Under the pieces are notes generated by a model. That model was not told the DNA's origin. It searched no databases and was given only the letters and a program-made list of their open reading frames with translations. This document shows positions 1 through 21,285 of a stretch of DNA of 64,000 bases, one piece after another. Source of the DNA: the human T2T-CHM13v2.0 reference genome, Homo sapiens; the NCBI RefSeq assembly GCF_009914755.1, contig NC_060926.1. One strand, 5' to 3'. The stretch's first letter is position 1, and each line of letters begins with the position of its first letter. The translations under genes and the position numbers were made by a program.

Positions 1-169
1 GCAAGTTGCCTTCCTTTGGGTAGACTCTGGTTTGTCTGTGTTTTTCTTAAAATAAGGTGTCCTGAATTAGATGAAACACAATTTCACTTCTGATCTGACC
101 AGCATGAAGTATATTCAGTAATTCTCTTTCTGTCAATGTACTGTGAGATCTTTAATGGTCACAGCATAA

Positions 170-615
<446 letters not shown>

Positions 616-779
616 TATGTAATACTTTTTAACTCTCCTGTATTTCTTTTTATTGCTTTTATATCAGTGTTCAAGCCTATTGGAATGATTTTTAATCAAA
701 TTTGATCATTTATTTTATTAAAATATCCCTTTCAGCTTTGTGCCATTTATATATTTGATAAGTATTTTTATCCAAATTA

Positions 780-1132
<353 letters not shown>

Positions 1133-1464
1133 AAAAGGTCTAAAACTTTTGAATAAGATTACTCTCACACCTATTTTGAGTACTTCACTATACTGTCATT
1201 CAACCATCTTGTGTTTCACCATCTTATGATTGACTTTTTTCAGTCTATTAACTGAGTAGTTGCGAAATAGTGTTTGTCTAGATATGCCTTGTCCTTAGGG
1301 AACCCATATTGGCCACACTGTGTACGGTTTTGGACCTTTTATTTTTTTAACTTAAATATATTAGGATTTCCCTTTAAAACTTCTCTAAAAGCATAATTTC
1401 ACAGGTATGTAATATCCCATTGTATGAACATAACAATTTATTCACTACCCTACTGTTGGACATT

Positions 1465-1880
1465 TATTCATTCATTCCAAAAATACATATTGAATGCCTG
1501 ATATGCGCCATCCTCATCTATAGCCTGAGGACACACCACTGAACAAAATAGACAAACATTTCTTCATCATGAGCTTACATTAAGGAAGAGTATATGAATA
1601 ACAACCAAACAAGTAAAATAAATGTCAGATGGTGGGATAAGAGCCAGGGAGACAAAGCAGAATGGTCAACACAGAACCTGAGAAAGAGGTATTGAATTAA
1701 ATATCTGAGTAAGGTGAGAAAGTAAGGCAGTTAACAGTGACAAGAGCATTCCAGACAGAAATAGCATGCACACAGTTGCTGAGGTAAAGTGTGTGAAAGG
1801 AAAGGGAATGTTAAAGGAAAGGGAGGAGGCCAGTGTGTTTGGAGAGTGAGAGTGAAAGGGAGAAGACTAGATTGTGGAAG
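1465..1880 (-). mobile_element. L2 3'-end fragment
   Basis: ATTCATTCATTC...ATTGAATGCCTG...GAACAAAATAGACAAA motifs typical of the L2 3' end. Confidence 0.7.
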
Positions 1881-1881
1881 G

Positions 1882-2115
1882 CAGTGGTTCTTGACGGGTA
1901 GTAAATGCCTCCCAAAGAGATATTTTGGAAAATTATGTGATTTTTCTTGGGTCATCACTGTAATTGGGGATTGTTTCTGGAATGCAGTAGATAGGTGTCA
2001 GGTATGTTACTATTTCTATAATGTACAAGACAGTTCCACACAATGAAGAGTTGTCCCTTGTCACATACAGCTTTTGAATGTCCCTGTAGATATTAATGTT
2101 GATGAAAAACCTGTT
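1882..2115. mobile_element. MER20-family hAT DNA transposon relic
   Basis: CAGTGGTTCT start and internal ACAAGACAGTTCCACACAATGAAGA resemble the MER20 copy at 54770-54976. Confidence 0.55.
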
Positions 2116-2149
2116 ATAAATTACTTCAGTGTTTGTCATGTTTTAAATG

Positions 2150-3330
2150 ATTTTTTTTTTAGTATAGGGTGTTTCTTCTGTTTTTTCTTTCTTTCATGAC
2201 TGACATTTTTGAAGAGTACAACCTAGTTACTTTGCAGATTTCCCTCAAATTGAATTTATCTGGTGTTTTATCATGATTTGATTCAGATTTGATTTTTATG
2301 TAGGAAAGCCACAGAAGTGATGTGCTTTTCATGCTTGTCAGGAGGCACATTATGTTGATTTGTCTCAATACTTGTAATGTTAACTCATACCACTTAGTTA
2401 AGGTGGTATCTGCTGGTTTGTGTGTTTTACATATTAATTAATAAGTTAATAAATATTAGGGAGAGATTCTTTGAGACTGTAAATATCTCTAGTTTAGGAT
2501 CTAGTGTTTATACTTGCCTGAATAATTTATTAATAAAATAGCTTTAATTTGGTTATTGAAAAAAATTCCATCATTGCTTCAACATTTCATTGGAGTTCTG
2601 TGGTAAGTTAAAAGTGTCCCTTCTCCATTTATTTATTTATATCATTATGGACTCTTGGATTTTTCGTTTACTCAAAGGGTCACAACCTATCACTATCATT
2701 GTTTATTTTGATACTCAAATTATCCCACACTTGCCCACTGGAACCATTTTAAGCTGGTTCCTGTGTGTTCTTATGATCCCATCATTTCATGAGCATTCAC
2801 CCACTTTCTGAGCTAGGAAGACACTCTAGGAATATCTTATATTTTCTTTTCACCAACCCTAGAGCTGTCCATTTCTCCAAGGGGCGCTGGTTCTTTTTAG
2901 CAGAGAGTGGCATGTAGAAACTAAGATCTGTATGCTTGGTGTGCTTATTGATACTATGATGCTGTTGCCTTTATGCCCTTTCAGCAGACAATGTGTGTGT
3001 ACATAATTACACGCACCCCCCTCTCCCCTGTAGGCCTGTTTCCTTATCTATTACTTTTATTATAAAATGAGAGCTGAGTTTATACTAGTACATCCAATTC
3101 CATTCCAGTACTACAGGGTTATTCTAGCCTTTTTTTCTTTCTTTATTTGTAACTCACTTCCCTGATAGTAAGAAACTTGGCTCCCATTATCCTCCATATA
3201 TTTACTTGTTTAAACTCCCTTGTATGTTTCTCCCTCAGCCCCACTGCTCTTCATGCCTGCAACAGATTGAATTTCTTTCCCAGCCCCAACTCTTTCAACC
3301 CACAAGTTTTATATGTAATATAATTATTAT
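2150..3330 (-). mobile_element. Old L1M (L1MC-like) 3' end
   Basis: Diverged motifs shared with the blocks at 37430-39200 and 55760-57060 (gttaactcataccacttagttaaggtggtatctgct; cagggttattctagcc). Confidence 0.6.
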
Positions 3331-3537
3331 TATACCATTCCAGATATTTTTAAATTTCCATTATGATTTCTTTCAACAATGAATGGTGATATATTAGGAT
3401 GATACCTTCAGTGTGCTGAAAGAAAATAAATTATATCTATCTAGAATTGCATGTCAGTGAAAATCTGTTTTAAGAATGTGGTAATATAAAAATGATTTTA
3501 GACAAAAACAGTTCATTCAGCACTCATTAAAAAATTC

Positions 3538-9735
<6,198 letters not shown>

Positions 9736-10019
9736 AAAAAATTCTAAGTGGTTACCTCAGACTAAACGGAAATAATCTAATATGGGAAATTTGTGATGTA
9801 GGAAATATTAAAGAGCAAAAGATGTGTTAAGTATGTGGATAAATAAAGCTAAATACTTAAGTATATGAAACAAAAATACTAGGACCTTCATGACTGAGAT
9901 GAAATGTTATAAACTTAAAATATATGACAACAATATCTTACAGGTTAGAAGCTGCATAAATGGAGTTAATTTTTTCCAAGTTTCTTAAGTGTTTGGGAAA
10001 AAGCTGTTATTTACTTTAG

Positions 10020-11180
10020 CTTGATAACTATATGTGTTATAATTTCTATAATAACCCTGTCCCCTACATCATACCTTACTACAAAATTAATTTGAGATGG
10101 ATCATAGACTTTACGTTGAAAGGTAAAATAAAGTTTCTTGAAAATCTCTTCATGATGTTGGGTTAGGCAAAGGTTTCTTAAACAAGAACAAAAATACACT
10201 ATTCATAAAAGAAAGGATTGCTAAATTGCTCTTCATGAAAGTTAAGAATGGTAATCAAAAGGCAGCATGAAGAGTGAAAAGTCAAGCTACACAGTGGAAG
10301 AGGGTATTTCGGATACATATATTTGATAAAGGACATAAATTCAGAATATATAAGGAAGTCATGCAAATCAATTATTCCTACCCAAAGACTTCACTAGGTG
10401 TCTCATAAATGAAGATATCCAAGTGGACAGTAAGCATTTGAAAACATTGTCAATATCACTGCCTGTTTGGTAATGCAAGTTAACCATAATGAGATACTGC
10501 TTCATATCAGAGTAGCTAAAATTAAAAAGAACAATGCTAAATATTGGTAAAGTTATGAAGCAACTGGAATAGTCATTTATTGCTGATGGGAAGGTAAACT
10601 GGTACACAACTCTTAAAATAATTTATAGTTATTTCATAATGGTAAACATGCCTTACCTGGGACACTTCATTCCTACTTCTTTTTAGGTACGTACTCAAGA
10701 ACTATCAGTACATATGTTCAATAGAAGACATGGTCAATAATAATTATAGCCCCAAACTGAAAACTACATAAATGTATATCAAGAGTAGAATAGATGAATC
10801 AATTATGCTTTATTCATCCAGTGAAATCCTGTGTAGCCATAAAAGATAGCAAACTACTACTGCCTCAACAACCTTGAAAGCTGTCACACACGTTATGGTT
10901 AGCAAAAAAGCCAGACACAAAGAGTCATACTGAATAATTCCATTCATATGAAATTCAAAAACTAATCAATGGTGAGAAAAGTGATAAGAATGGTTACCTC
11001 TGGTGGAGTCAGGTGTGTGGTATTGACTGGGAAGACGCACAAGAGGTCTTCTCAGGTATAGGAAGTTTTTGTATATCTGGATATGGGCAGCATTTACATT
11101 GCTGTCATCACATATAAAAAATAAACTACCTGACTTCAGATTTGTACACCTTATTAAAGATTTATTATATATTAATTAAA
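10020..11180 (+). mobile_element. Old L1M (L1ME/MB-like) ORF2 end and 3'UTR
   Basis: Diverged L1 3' motifs (acaaaattaatttgagatggatcatagac; ccagacacaaagagtcatactg). Confidence 0.6.
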
Positions 11181-11449
11181 AGGAAACATTGAACAAGAGA
11201 TACAATTGAAATCATAGAAAAGGAACTTTAAGAAGGCAACCATTTCTAATCATAGCAAAAACTTTATAAAAAGCATCAAGGCATAAATCTAACAAGATTT
11301 ATGAGATCTTTTATTGGAGAATAGTAAAATTTATTTTGAAAGGCTAGTAGAAGTCCTAAGTACATAGAGAAATACACTGTATTTATTAATAAGACTCTAT
11401 ATCCACCTAGCACAAACTGCTTCAATGAATCAAGGCAGATGTTTCTTTA

Positions 11450-11795
11450 AATTTTTTTTATCATGGTAAAATACACAACACAAAATTTACCTCAACTGTT
11501 TTTAAGTGTACAGTTTACTGGTGTTAAGTACATTCATATTGTTGTGCAACCACCACCACCATCCGTCTCCAAGACTCTTTTCATCTTGTAAAACTGAAAC
11601 TTATACCCATTAAATAATAACTTCTCATTCTGTCTTCCCATCTGCCCCAGGCAGCCACCATTTTCCTTTTTGTCTCATATGATTTTGATTACTCTGAGTA
11701 CTTCCTATAAATGGAATAATACAATATTTGTCTTTTTGTGACTGGCTTATTTCACTTAGCCTCATGTGGTTCATCCATGTTGTAGCATATGTTAT
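11450..11795 (-). mobile_element. L1MB-like 3' end fragment
   Basis: tggtaaaatacac...aaactgaaacttatacccattaaa...gtgactggcttatttcacttagc. Confidence 0.65.
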
Positions 11796-13124
11796 AATTT
11801 TGTAAAGTGAGTCTGTTGTAGACAGTATATAGTTGGATCATTCTGCCAATCTCTATTGATTAAATTTATTTACTTTTAAAGTAATTAACAATAAGGAGGA
11901 ACCTGCTTCTGTCCTTTTTCTATTTGTTTTCTACATCAAGGTACAAATTTTATGTTCAGATACAATTCCAAACCACGATGAGGATTTATCTTAACTGTCC
12001 TCTACCCCACAGAAATGCAGAGGCCAACAAATCACATTTGTAGGCTCCTAAAGGAAACTCTCTTAGATTGCTTGTCAAAAACTGTTGAGATCATTTTGGC
12101 CCCTTCCATGCTATGAGAACGAGATCCACACTGTACCCAATGATTTACTGACTTCTCTCGGCAGAATACTGTCTCTTCTCCTTCTCTCTTCTGTTTGGTA
12201 ATGAAGAGAAGAAAAGTTTGAAGTCAGTACTTTATATCATTTAGTATATGGACCAATAACTCAACAAGTTTAGAAAAAAAAACCATGAAGTAAACTTTAC
12301 TTATACTCTAAAATAAACCAAACCAAACTACGAAAGTAGTAAGGAGGAAATTATAAAATAAAATCTATCAGTTAATGAACTAGAAAACAGAAAAATGATA
12401 GAATTGAGCATTAAAATCTAGATTTGGACCTTGGAAAAATTCCAAATCAGCAGACAAGTTCTGACTAGCTAGAAGATGAGAAGGAAAAACATACAATGTG
12501 GTAAATGAAAAGGAGCATGCCAGATATACCACTTAGAAAATTTGAAATAATAGGAGAATATAATGTATAACATATAACTCTCGTTAGGTATAAAATTTTC
12601 ATGAAATGACTGATTTTCTTAGATAATATAATTAAACAGAAGCGTGTAACAGATTAAACATTATGAGAGAGAAAAACTTTATTGATCAAACATTTGGCTT
12701 CCAAGAAAAGTACCTGACCTAGCTCAATATTAGGTAACATTATGAAGTATTTCCTGGGCATGATAATGACATTGTGGTTATATGATAGGTGAATTATTTA
12801 GGGTCGAAGTGTCAAATCAGTGTCTTTGTGGAGGGATAAAGCTTTGTGGAGGGATAGGGGAAAATGTTCGACAATTGTTGAATCTAAATAGAAGGAATTC
12901 ACATGTTTATTTTAACATTCTATCAACTTTTTGGTATACTCTTAACAAAAAGAAAAAAACAATGCCTGACTTAGATGTTTATATGGGTGACTCAAGCTAT
13001 CAAGTAATGGATAACTCCTGTGCCATATAAACAGTTCCAATACACTAACAAAAACTTCCTAATTTACTTGAGGACATTAACAAAAACCTCAGAAGACATA
13101 CCTGAAATTATGAATCTTTTGCAT

Positions 13125-14388
13125 CAGTGTGATGTCTCCACTTTTATTTCTGATTTTATTTATTTGAGTCTTCTAGTTTTTTCTTAGTCTAGCTAAATGT
13201 TTGTTAACATTGTTTTTACCTTTTCAAAAACTAACAATTTAGTTGATTTCTTCCTGTTTTTCTATTTTTTATTTCTGCTCTAATTTTTATTCTTTCCTTT
13301 TTTCTGCTAACTTTGGGCTTAGTTTTGTTCTTTTTTTTCTAGTTCCTTGAGATGTAAAGTTGAGTTGCTTATTTGAGATCTTTCTTCCTTTAAAAATAGG
13401 CAATTATCATTAGAAACTTCCCTCTTAGTCCTGATTTTGCTTCATCCTGTAAGTGTTCATTTGTTGTGTTTTTGTCTTTTTTAAAATTTTCCTTGATTTC
13501 ATCTTTGATCCACTGGTTGTTTTAAGAGTGTGTTGTTAATTCCCACATAATTGTGATTTTCCCAGTTTTCCTTCTGTTACTGATTTCTAATTTTAGTCTA
13601 TTGTGCTTGGGAAAAAAAGGTTGGTATCATTTCAGTCTTCTTAAATTTGTTCAGACTTGTTTTATGACTTAATATGTGATCTATCCTGGAGAATGTTCTA
13701 TGTGCAGTTGAGAAGACTGTGTATTCTGCAACTGTTAGGTGGAATATTCAGTATATGTGTGTTCTGTTCATTATTGAAAATGGGGTACTGACATCTTCTA
13801 CTGTATTGCTAATTGCTATTTTTCCCTTCAGTTCTGTCAGTGTTTGCTTTATGTATTTAGGTACTCTAATGTTGGGTGTATATATGTTTATACTTGTGAT
13901 ATCTTCCTAATGAATTGACTCTTTTATCATATGACCTTCTTTGTCTCTTGGGATGGTTTTTTATTTAAAGTCTATATCGTCTGATAGTGTGGCCACACCT
14001 GTGCTCTTTTGGTTGCTATCTGCATGGAATATATTTTCCTATTCCTTCACTTTTAGCCTGTGTGTCCTTAAATCTAAAGTGAGTCTCTTCTAGATAGTAT
14101 ATAGTTAGATCTTATTTTTAAAATTAATTCAGCCACTATATGTTTTTTGATTAGGGAGTTTACTCCATTTACATTAAAGTAATTATTGATAGGGAAAGAC
14201 TTACTAGTTCCATTTTGTTAATTGGTTTCTTTCTTGTAGTTGTTTTGTCCCTTTTGTCCTCTCTTGCTGTCTTCCTTTGTGATTTGTTGATTTTGCTTTG
14301 ATCCTTCCTTTTTTTTTTTTCTTTCGTGTATCTTCTATAGGTATTTTCTTTGTGGTTACCAAAGTCTTAACAGAAAACAACTTATAGC
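13125..14388 (-). mobile_element. Old L1M ORF1-end/ORF2 5' fragment
   Basis: T-rich reverse-strand L1 ORF2 motifs (tctatcctggagaatgttc; ttcctaatgaattgac). Confidence 0.7.
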
Positions 14389-15305
14389 TACAGCGAAAGC
14401 AATTTAAAAAAATAGACAAACAGGACTGCATCTAATTAAAAAGCTTTTGCACAGCAAAGAAAACAGTTAAGAGACTGAACTGGTAATCTATGGAATAGGA
14501 GAAAATATTTGCAAACCATGTATCTAATGAGGGGTTAATATCCAAAGTATATAAGGAACACCTGCAACTCAACAGCCAAAAAAAAAAAAAAAAAATCCCC
14601 AAAACAAAAAACAAATAACCTGGTTAAAACATGGGTAAAGGACTTGAATGAACATTTCTTAAGACATACAAATGTGTAAGGTGCTGTATATGAAAAGATA
14701 TTCAATATCGCTAATCATCAGGAAAATGCAAATCAAAACCACAATGACTGAACACTTCATATCTGTTAGGATGGCTGATATCAAAACAAAACAAATGGTA
14801 ACAAGTGTTGGAGAGGATGTGGAGAAATTAGAACCCTGTACACTGTAGATGGTCATGTAAAATGGTGTAGCTGCTGTGGAAAATAGTATGGAGATTCCTT
14901 AAAAAATAAGAATAGAATTACCATATGATCCCACTTCTGGGTACATATCCAAAGGAAATGAAATCAGAATCTTGAGGAGATCCCATGTTCACAATAGCAT
15001 TAATCACAGTAGCCAAGATATATAAACAAGATGTATAAACATCTATAGATGAATGGATAAAGAAAATGTGGTATATACATACAATGGAATATTATTCCAC
15101 CTTAAGGAAGTCCTGCTGTATGTGACAACATGGATGACCCTGCAAGACATTACACTATGTGAAAGAATCCAGTCACAGAAGGACAAATACTGAATGATTT
15201 CACTTATATGAAATATCTAAAAATAGTCAAATTCAGAAAACAGAGAGTAGAATGGTGATTGCCAAGGACTGGGAGGAAGGGGAAATTGGGAATTGATGTT
15301 AGGTA
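14389..15305 (+). mobile_element. L1MA/MB 3' end
   Basis: aaaagcttttgcacagcaaagaaaac...atgcaaatcaaaaccacaatg...cagaaggacaaatactg. Confidence 0.75.
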
Positions 15306-15589
15306 GGTATCACAGGCAAAGCAGATAGTTCAATATTGGGAAATTTATAAACAAGTTTTTACATTAGTAGATCTAATGGAGAAATGATTATTTCATTAAG
15401 CTCCAAAAAGTATTTGGGAATAAAAATAAAATCTGTAATTAAAAATATTTCTTTAGAGTAGAATATTTCTTTATAGTAGAATAATACCTCAAATATGATA
15501 AAGAATATGTATTTGAAATTTGCAATCAGCATAATCAAAGTCAAATACTTTTGTTATGCATATAAAACATTTGTGAGAAAAGTCATATA

Positions 15590-17160
15590 ATATGGTGGAG
15601 TAGGGAACTCTAGGGCTCTTGCAAAAACACCTAATAAGCTTCCAGAAACTATCAGAATTAGTTTTCGTAGAACTCTGGAATTTAGTTAACATTAAAAACC
15701 AGGAAAAGTAGGGAGCTGTAGCGCTGCAGAAACAGAACACTATGGCACCTTAAATTGCTCACCTACCATTCCTTGTGCCTAGATGAACAATGACTTTGAA
15801 GACAGCAGCTTATACTCATGGTGCAGGCTGTTAGCACGAGAAGGATTAGTACAGATCTTGCTCTCAAAAAATTGTGATCGTTTTAACCTGTCTGAAGTAT
15901 CTGAAGGACCAGTATAGAGCTTCCTTTTGTTTTACACAGCTCAGAGCTTTCCTGGGACTGGGGTGGCTTGTCTGTCATCACGTGTCAAAAGTATTTAAAA
16001 GCCAGAGTATCAGCTGTAGAAGCCTGAGTCTGGGGATAAAAATTAGGACAATGAATAGGTAGACAAAAAGCCAGGAAGGAACGGTTGAAAAGGAGATACG
16101 GGGTGGTATAAGGACTTTTAAATGCTTTTTTGTATGCTGAGAAATTGAGAATGCTACGTACATGCCTAGGATTGGACAACTCCTCAGAGAAGGCTTGAGA
16201 AGACCCTAAGCTTTCACCACTAGCTGACCTTCAGGCTCTGCCTAACTAAGTAGGATGTGAAGGCTAAGATATAGTTGTAAACAGCCTGGCTTAGTGTTGA
16301 TGGAATGCCCCAACACAGAGCAAAAAAGACTGGGAGTGTTTTTTTTTCTTTCCTATTACCTTTTTTCTTTCCTTGGCTGCAGGTGTTTAAGGAACCTGTC
16401 AAAATAGTAGTTGACCCTGAAGCTAAGTGAGCACAGACTTCAGTTCCATGCACAACAAAGAATGTAAGCTTTATGAAATAGTCACTAAACAACACTTACA
16501 ACAAGCAGTAACAGCAAACTCCAGGGAAGGGGGAGAATCCAGTATCCAGAGTTGTCACTTTATAATATTCAATATGTCCAGTTTTCAACAAATTATAAGG
16601 CATGCAAAGAAGTAAAAAAGTGTGACTCATTCAAAGGAAAAAAGAGAAATTAATGAAACTATCCCTGAGGAAGCCCACCTTAAATGTACTCAATGAGCTG
16701 AACAATACCATCAGCAAAGAACTAAGGGAAACCAAGAAAAGGATTTCCCACCAAAAAGAAATATCGACAAAGAGAAATTATAAAAAGGAAACAAATAGAA
16801 ATTCTGCAGCTAAAAAGTACAGTAACAAAAATTCTTTAGAAGGATTCAATAGCTGAGTAGTCTGAACAAAGAATCAGTGAACTTGAAGGAAGGTCAGATG
16901 ATTTATTTATTCGAGGAGAAGAAAGAGAAAAGAATAAAGAAAATGAACAGGGCTATGGGACATCCCCAAGCATACCAACATATGCATTATGGGATTCTTA
17001 GAGGGAAGAGAGAGAGAGAGAGAGAGAGAGAAAGGGGCGGTAATAATATTTGAAGAAATAATGGTTGAAAACTTCCCTAATTTGTTGAAAAATGAATTTC
17101 AAATGGGTTAAACTCAAAGAGACCCACACCATGTCACATTATAGTCAAATTGTTAAATAT
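15590..17160 (+). mobile_element. Old L1M 5' region / ORF1 relic
   Basis: ORF1-like motifs (atcagtgaacttgaag; atatttgaagaaataatggttgaaaacttccc; cacattatagtcaaattg). Confidence 0.6.
17008..17031. repeat. (GA)n microsatellite
   Basis: Read directly from the sequence. Confidence 0.9.
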
Positions 17161-17451
17161 TTAGCATAGATGTTGGTTCTATTAGTAGAAATATACTTTC
17201 CTTAATGAAGTCAGCTTTAACAGATTTTTTTTTTAAATCTGGTTTTGAAGTCATAAAATACAAAACTATGAGCTTCTTACAAAGTTATTCCTGCCGTAAA
17301 TACTGTGGTAATTTATATATTTAAAAAATTGAGAATTTTTTTAAAACAAGTGTTTCCAAAAGCTTATTGATTTTTAAGTAAGTTTTGTATCACATGGTAA
17401 TACGTTTCTTTTATTTGTAGAAAGTAGATTTTTACTTTTTAGTGCTTGTTG

Positions 17452-17455
<4 letters not shown>

Positions 17456-17493
<38 letters not shown>

Positions 17494-17503
17494 TGTGTCT
17501 GTG
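17456..17503. repeat. (TG)n microsatellite with a compound tail
   Basis: About 18 perfect TG units followed by tctgtg repeats. Confidence 0.95.
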
Positions 17504-17571
17504 TATTGGTTTACATGACGGTGAAGAACTACTTATTTCTTTTTTGGTTTGTTACATGAAGTCTTTGACAT

Positions 17572-17731
17572 TGTTTGTTTGTTTGTGACAGGGTCTTGCT
17601 CAGTCACCGAGGCTGGAGTGTAGTGGCTGGATCATAGCTCACTGCAATGTCCACCTCCCGAGCTCAAGCTATCCTTCCACCTCAGTCTCTCAAAGTGCTG
17701 GTATTACAGGCTTAAGCCACTGCACCTGGCT
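17572..17731 (-). mobile_element. Monomeric or recombined Alu (FRAM/FLAM-like)
   Basis: gacagggtcttgctc...ccactgcacctggc, a single arm of ~150 bp. Confidence 0.75.
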
Positions 17732-17874
17732 GATGTGTCATTAAGCTGGATGATGAGAGAATAATATAACCTGATAAAACTCATGTAGATCTTTTGAGAA
17801 GAGATAATTTTAATTGTGAAATAGCATCTGGAAATCAGTAAAAGACATATTTTAGCTAACCAGTAATTTCATAA

Positions 17875-20800
17875 CATCTTTATCTCAGTATAATTTACTA
17901 TAATACATAAGGTTTGCCCATTTAAAGTGTATAGTTTATTTATAGAATTTTACAATAGCATAATTTTAGAACTTTGTTGTCATTAGCCCCTCTCCCCCAA
18001 TTCCCTAGCCCTAGGCAAACACCAGTCCACTTTCTCTCCCAATTCTTTTTTGCCAATTCTGGACATTTTATATAAACAGAATTGTAATGTATGATCTTTT
18101 GTGACTGCCTTCTTTTACTTAGCATAGTGTTTTCAAGAGTCATTCATGTTATGTTGTAATGTGAATCAGTACTTCATCCCTTTTTATTGCCAAATTACAT
18201 TTCATTGTATAGATACTTTGTTTACTCATTAGTTGGTAGACATTTGGATTTTCCACTCTGGCCATTGTGAATAGTGCTGCTATGAACATAGTGTTTATGT
18301 GTTAGGGTAGGTGTTTCATTTCTCTTGGTTATATACCTAACAGTAGAATTACTGGGACATACAGTAACTCCATGTTTAACATGTTGAGGAACTTCTAAAC
18401 TTTTTTCTGAAGTAGCTGCACTATTTACATTCCCATGAGCAGTATATGAGGGTTTCAGTTTCTCCACGTCCTTTCCAACATTTGTCATTTTCTGTCTTTT
18501 TGATTATAGCCTGGTTGGGTGTTAAGGGGTATTTATTGTGTTTTTTACCTATTTCTAACAACTAATGGTGTTGAACATCTTTTCATGTGCTTATTGGTCA
18601 TTTATCTTTTCTGATGAAATACCTATTCAAATTCTTTACCCATTTATAAATTTATCACTGTACAAATTTGTTGAGTTGCAAGCATTCTTTTTATATTCTG
18701 GATATTAGACCTTTAGCAGATTTATGGACTTACCAATATTTTCTCCCATTCTGTAGACTTTTTTACTTTCTTGATGGTGACCTTTGATACGCAAAAGTTT
18801 TAAATTCTGATGAACTCTAACTTATCAGACTTTTATTCTTTGCACTTTTGGTGACATATCTAAGAAATCAGTGCATAACCCAGGGTCACAAAGATTTAGT
18901 GTTTTCTTCTGAGAGATTTAGTTTTAGTTTTTATATTTAGATCTGTGGTTCTATTTGAGGCAATTAAAATTTTTATTTTTTTAATTGTGATAAAATATAC
19001 ATAAAATTTATCATCTTAACCATTGTTAAGTATATGGTTCAGTGGCGTTAAGTACATTCATATTGTTGTTTAACCAATCTCTATAGCTTTTTAAATCTTG
19101 TAATACTGAAACTCTATATCCATTAAACAACAACTCCCCATTTTCCCCTTCCCCTTAGGCCCTAGCAACCACCATTCTACTTTCTGTCTCTATGAATTTG
19201 GCTACTCTAGGTACCTTATAGTAGCAGAATCACACAGTATATGTCTTTTTGCCACTGGTTTATTTCATTCAGTAGTATATTCTTAAAATTCACCCATGTT
19301 GTACTATATGTCAGAATTTCCTTCTTTTTTGAGATTATGTTATTCCATTGTATGTGTATGCCACAAACAAAAGTTTATCCATTCATCTGTTGATAGACAC
19401 TTGAGTTGCTTCTGCCATTTGGCTATTGTGAATAGTGCTGCTGTGAACATGCTTGTTATAATTATCTCTTCAAGGTCCTGCTTTCACTTCTTTTGGGTAC
19501 AGACCCAAAAGTGGAATTCCTGGATCATACAGTCATTCTACTTTTAAGTTTTTGAGGAAGCTCCGTACTGTTTTCCATAAGGGCTACACTGTTTACATTC
19601 CCACCAGCAGTATTCGAGGGTACTGATTTCTCCACATCCTTGCCAATACTTGTTATTTTCTGTTTTTTTTTGTTTGTTTTTTTCCTTCTTAATAATGGCT
19701 ATTCTAACAGGTCTGAATTGATGTCTCATTGTGGTGGTGATTTTCATTTCCCTTATGATTAGTAATATTGAGCTTCTTTTCATTTTTGGTTGGCCAGTTG
19801 TATACCTTCTCTGGAGAAATGTCTATTATTTTTGCCTATCTTTGAATCAGGTTTTGTTGTTGTTGTTCTTGAGTTGTAAGTGTCCTTTATATGTTCTGGA
19901 TATTAACCTTGCATCAGATACAGTGAGTCTTTGCCTCACATCTTTGTTAAGTTCTTGGAAACTGACCCGTAAGTGAAGTGACGTATAGCATAGCAAAACA
20001 AACTGATATAAGTTAATTGATAAAACAAGAGTTAAGTTCCTATGGTATTCAGTACATTGTTTCACTTAAAGGTGCAATTTCTAAGTACCTATTGATGATG
20101 TTAAGTGAAGACTTATTGTACATGATTTGCAAATATTTTCTCCCATTTTCTAGGTTACCTTTTCACTCTGTTGATGGTGTCCTTTGGTGAACAGAAGTTT
20201 TAAATTTTGATTTAGTCCAATTTATCAACTTTTACTTTTGTTGCCTTTCTCCTTTGAGTCAGTTTTTATGTATGGCATGCAAATTCGTCTTTGCATATAG
20301 ATATTGAGTTGTTTCAGCACTGTTGAAAAGACTCTTCTTTCCCTGTTGAATTTTCATGACCTCTTTGCTGAAAATCAATTTACCATAAATGTTAGTGTTT
20401 ATTTCTGGACTGTCGGTTCTATGCCATTGATCTACATGACTGTCCTTATGCCAGCACTGTGCTGTCTTGATTATTGTAGCTTTGGAGTAAGTTTTGACAT
20501 CGGAAAGAGTGAGTCCTCCAACGATGTTTGTCATTTTCAAGATTATTTTGGCTGTTCTGGGTTTATGATCTGCTTGTCAATTACTGAAAAAAAAAAGGCT
20601 AGGCTTTTAATAAGAGTTGCATTGAATCTCTAGATTACTATGGGAAATATTACCACTTGAATCTCTAGATTAGTTTAGGAAGTATTAATCTTTCAGTCCA
20701 TAAACATGAGCCAGTTTTCTAGTTATTTTGATTTTCTTCCATTTCATTCTATGTTTTTTAGTATACTAGACATATATTTATTTTGCTAAATATATTCTCA

Positions 20801-21285
20801 AGTATTTAATTCTTTTTCTTGCTGTTGTAAATTGAATTTTTTTTAAAAATTTATTTTTGGATTGTGAATTGCTAGTGTATTAAAATACAGTTGATTTTTG
20901 TATATTGCACTGGCATCCTGCAGCTTTGCTGAACTTATTAGTCTTAATTGGTTTGTCCTGGTTTCCTTGGGATTTCCTGTATGAAGTTCATGTCATCTGC
21001 AAATAGATATAGTTGTACTTCTTTCTTTCCAATCTAGATGTCTTTAATTTCTTACCTGGTTGCCCTGGCAATATGTAACATCCAATATGATACTGAATAG
21101 AAGAGGTAAGAATGGCCATACTTGTCTTGTTCTTGATTGTAGGGAGAAAGCATCTAGCTTTTCATTATTCGGTATTATGTTAGCGCTGAGTCTTTCATAG
21201 GTACTCTTCATCTGGTTAAAGAAATCCCTTCCATTCCTAGTTTGCTGAGAAATTTTATCACAAAAACGTATTGGGTTTTGTTGAA
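17875..21285 (-). mobile_element. Nested old L1MB/ME 3' regions (a second L1MB end starts at ~18975)
   Basis: Reverse-strand L1 3' motifs; ORF 20259-20540 encodes GGLTLSDVKTYSKATIIKTAQCWHKD, an ORF2 homolog. Confidence 0.75.
19921..20118. mobile_element. Tigger-type MITE (MER6B/C-like) inserted in an L1
   Basis: Imperfect terminal inverted repeats cagtgagtctttgcctcacatc / gatgttaagtgaagacttattg flanked by a TA duplication; the L1 reads through once it is removed (cagaTA|catgatttgc). Confidence 0.8.

Noticed and set aside
14380-14400. Twin-priming inversion junction between minus and plus L1 pieces
   Set aside because: The pieces are not adjacent in L1 coordinates and no enclosing TSD was found; independent old insertions are the simpler explanation.
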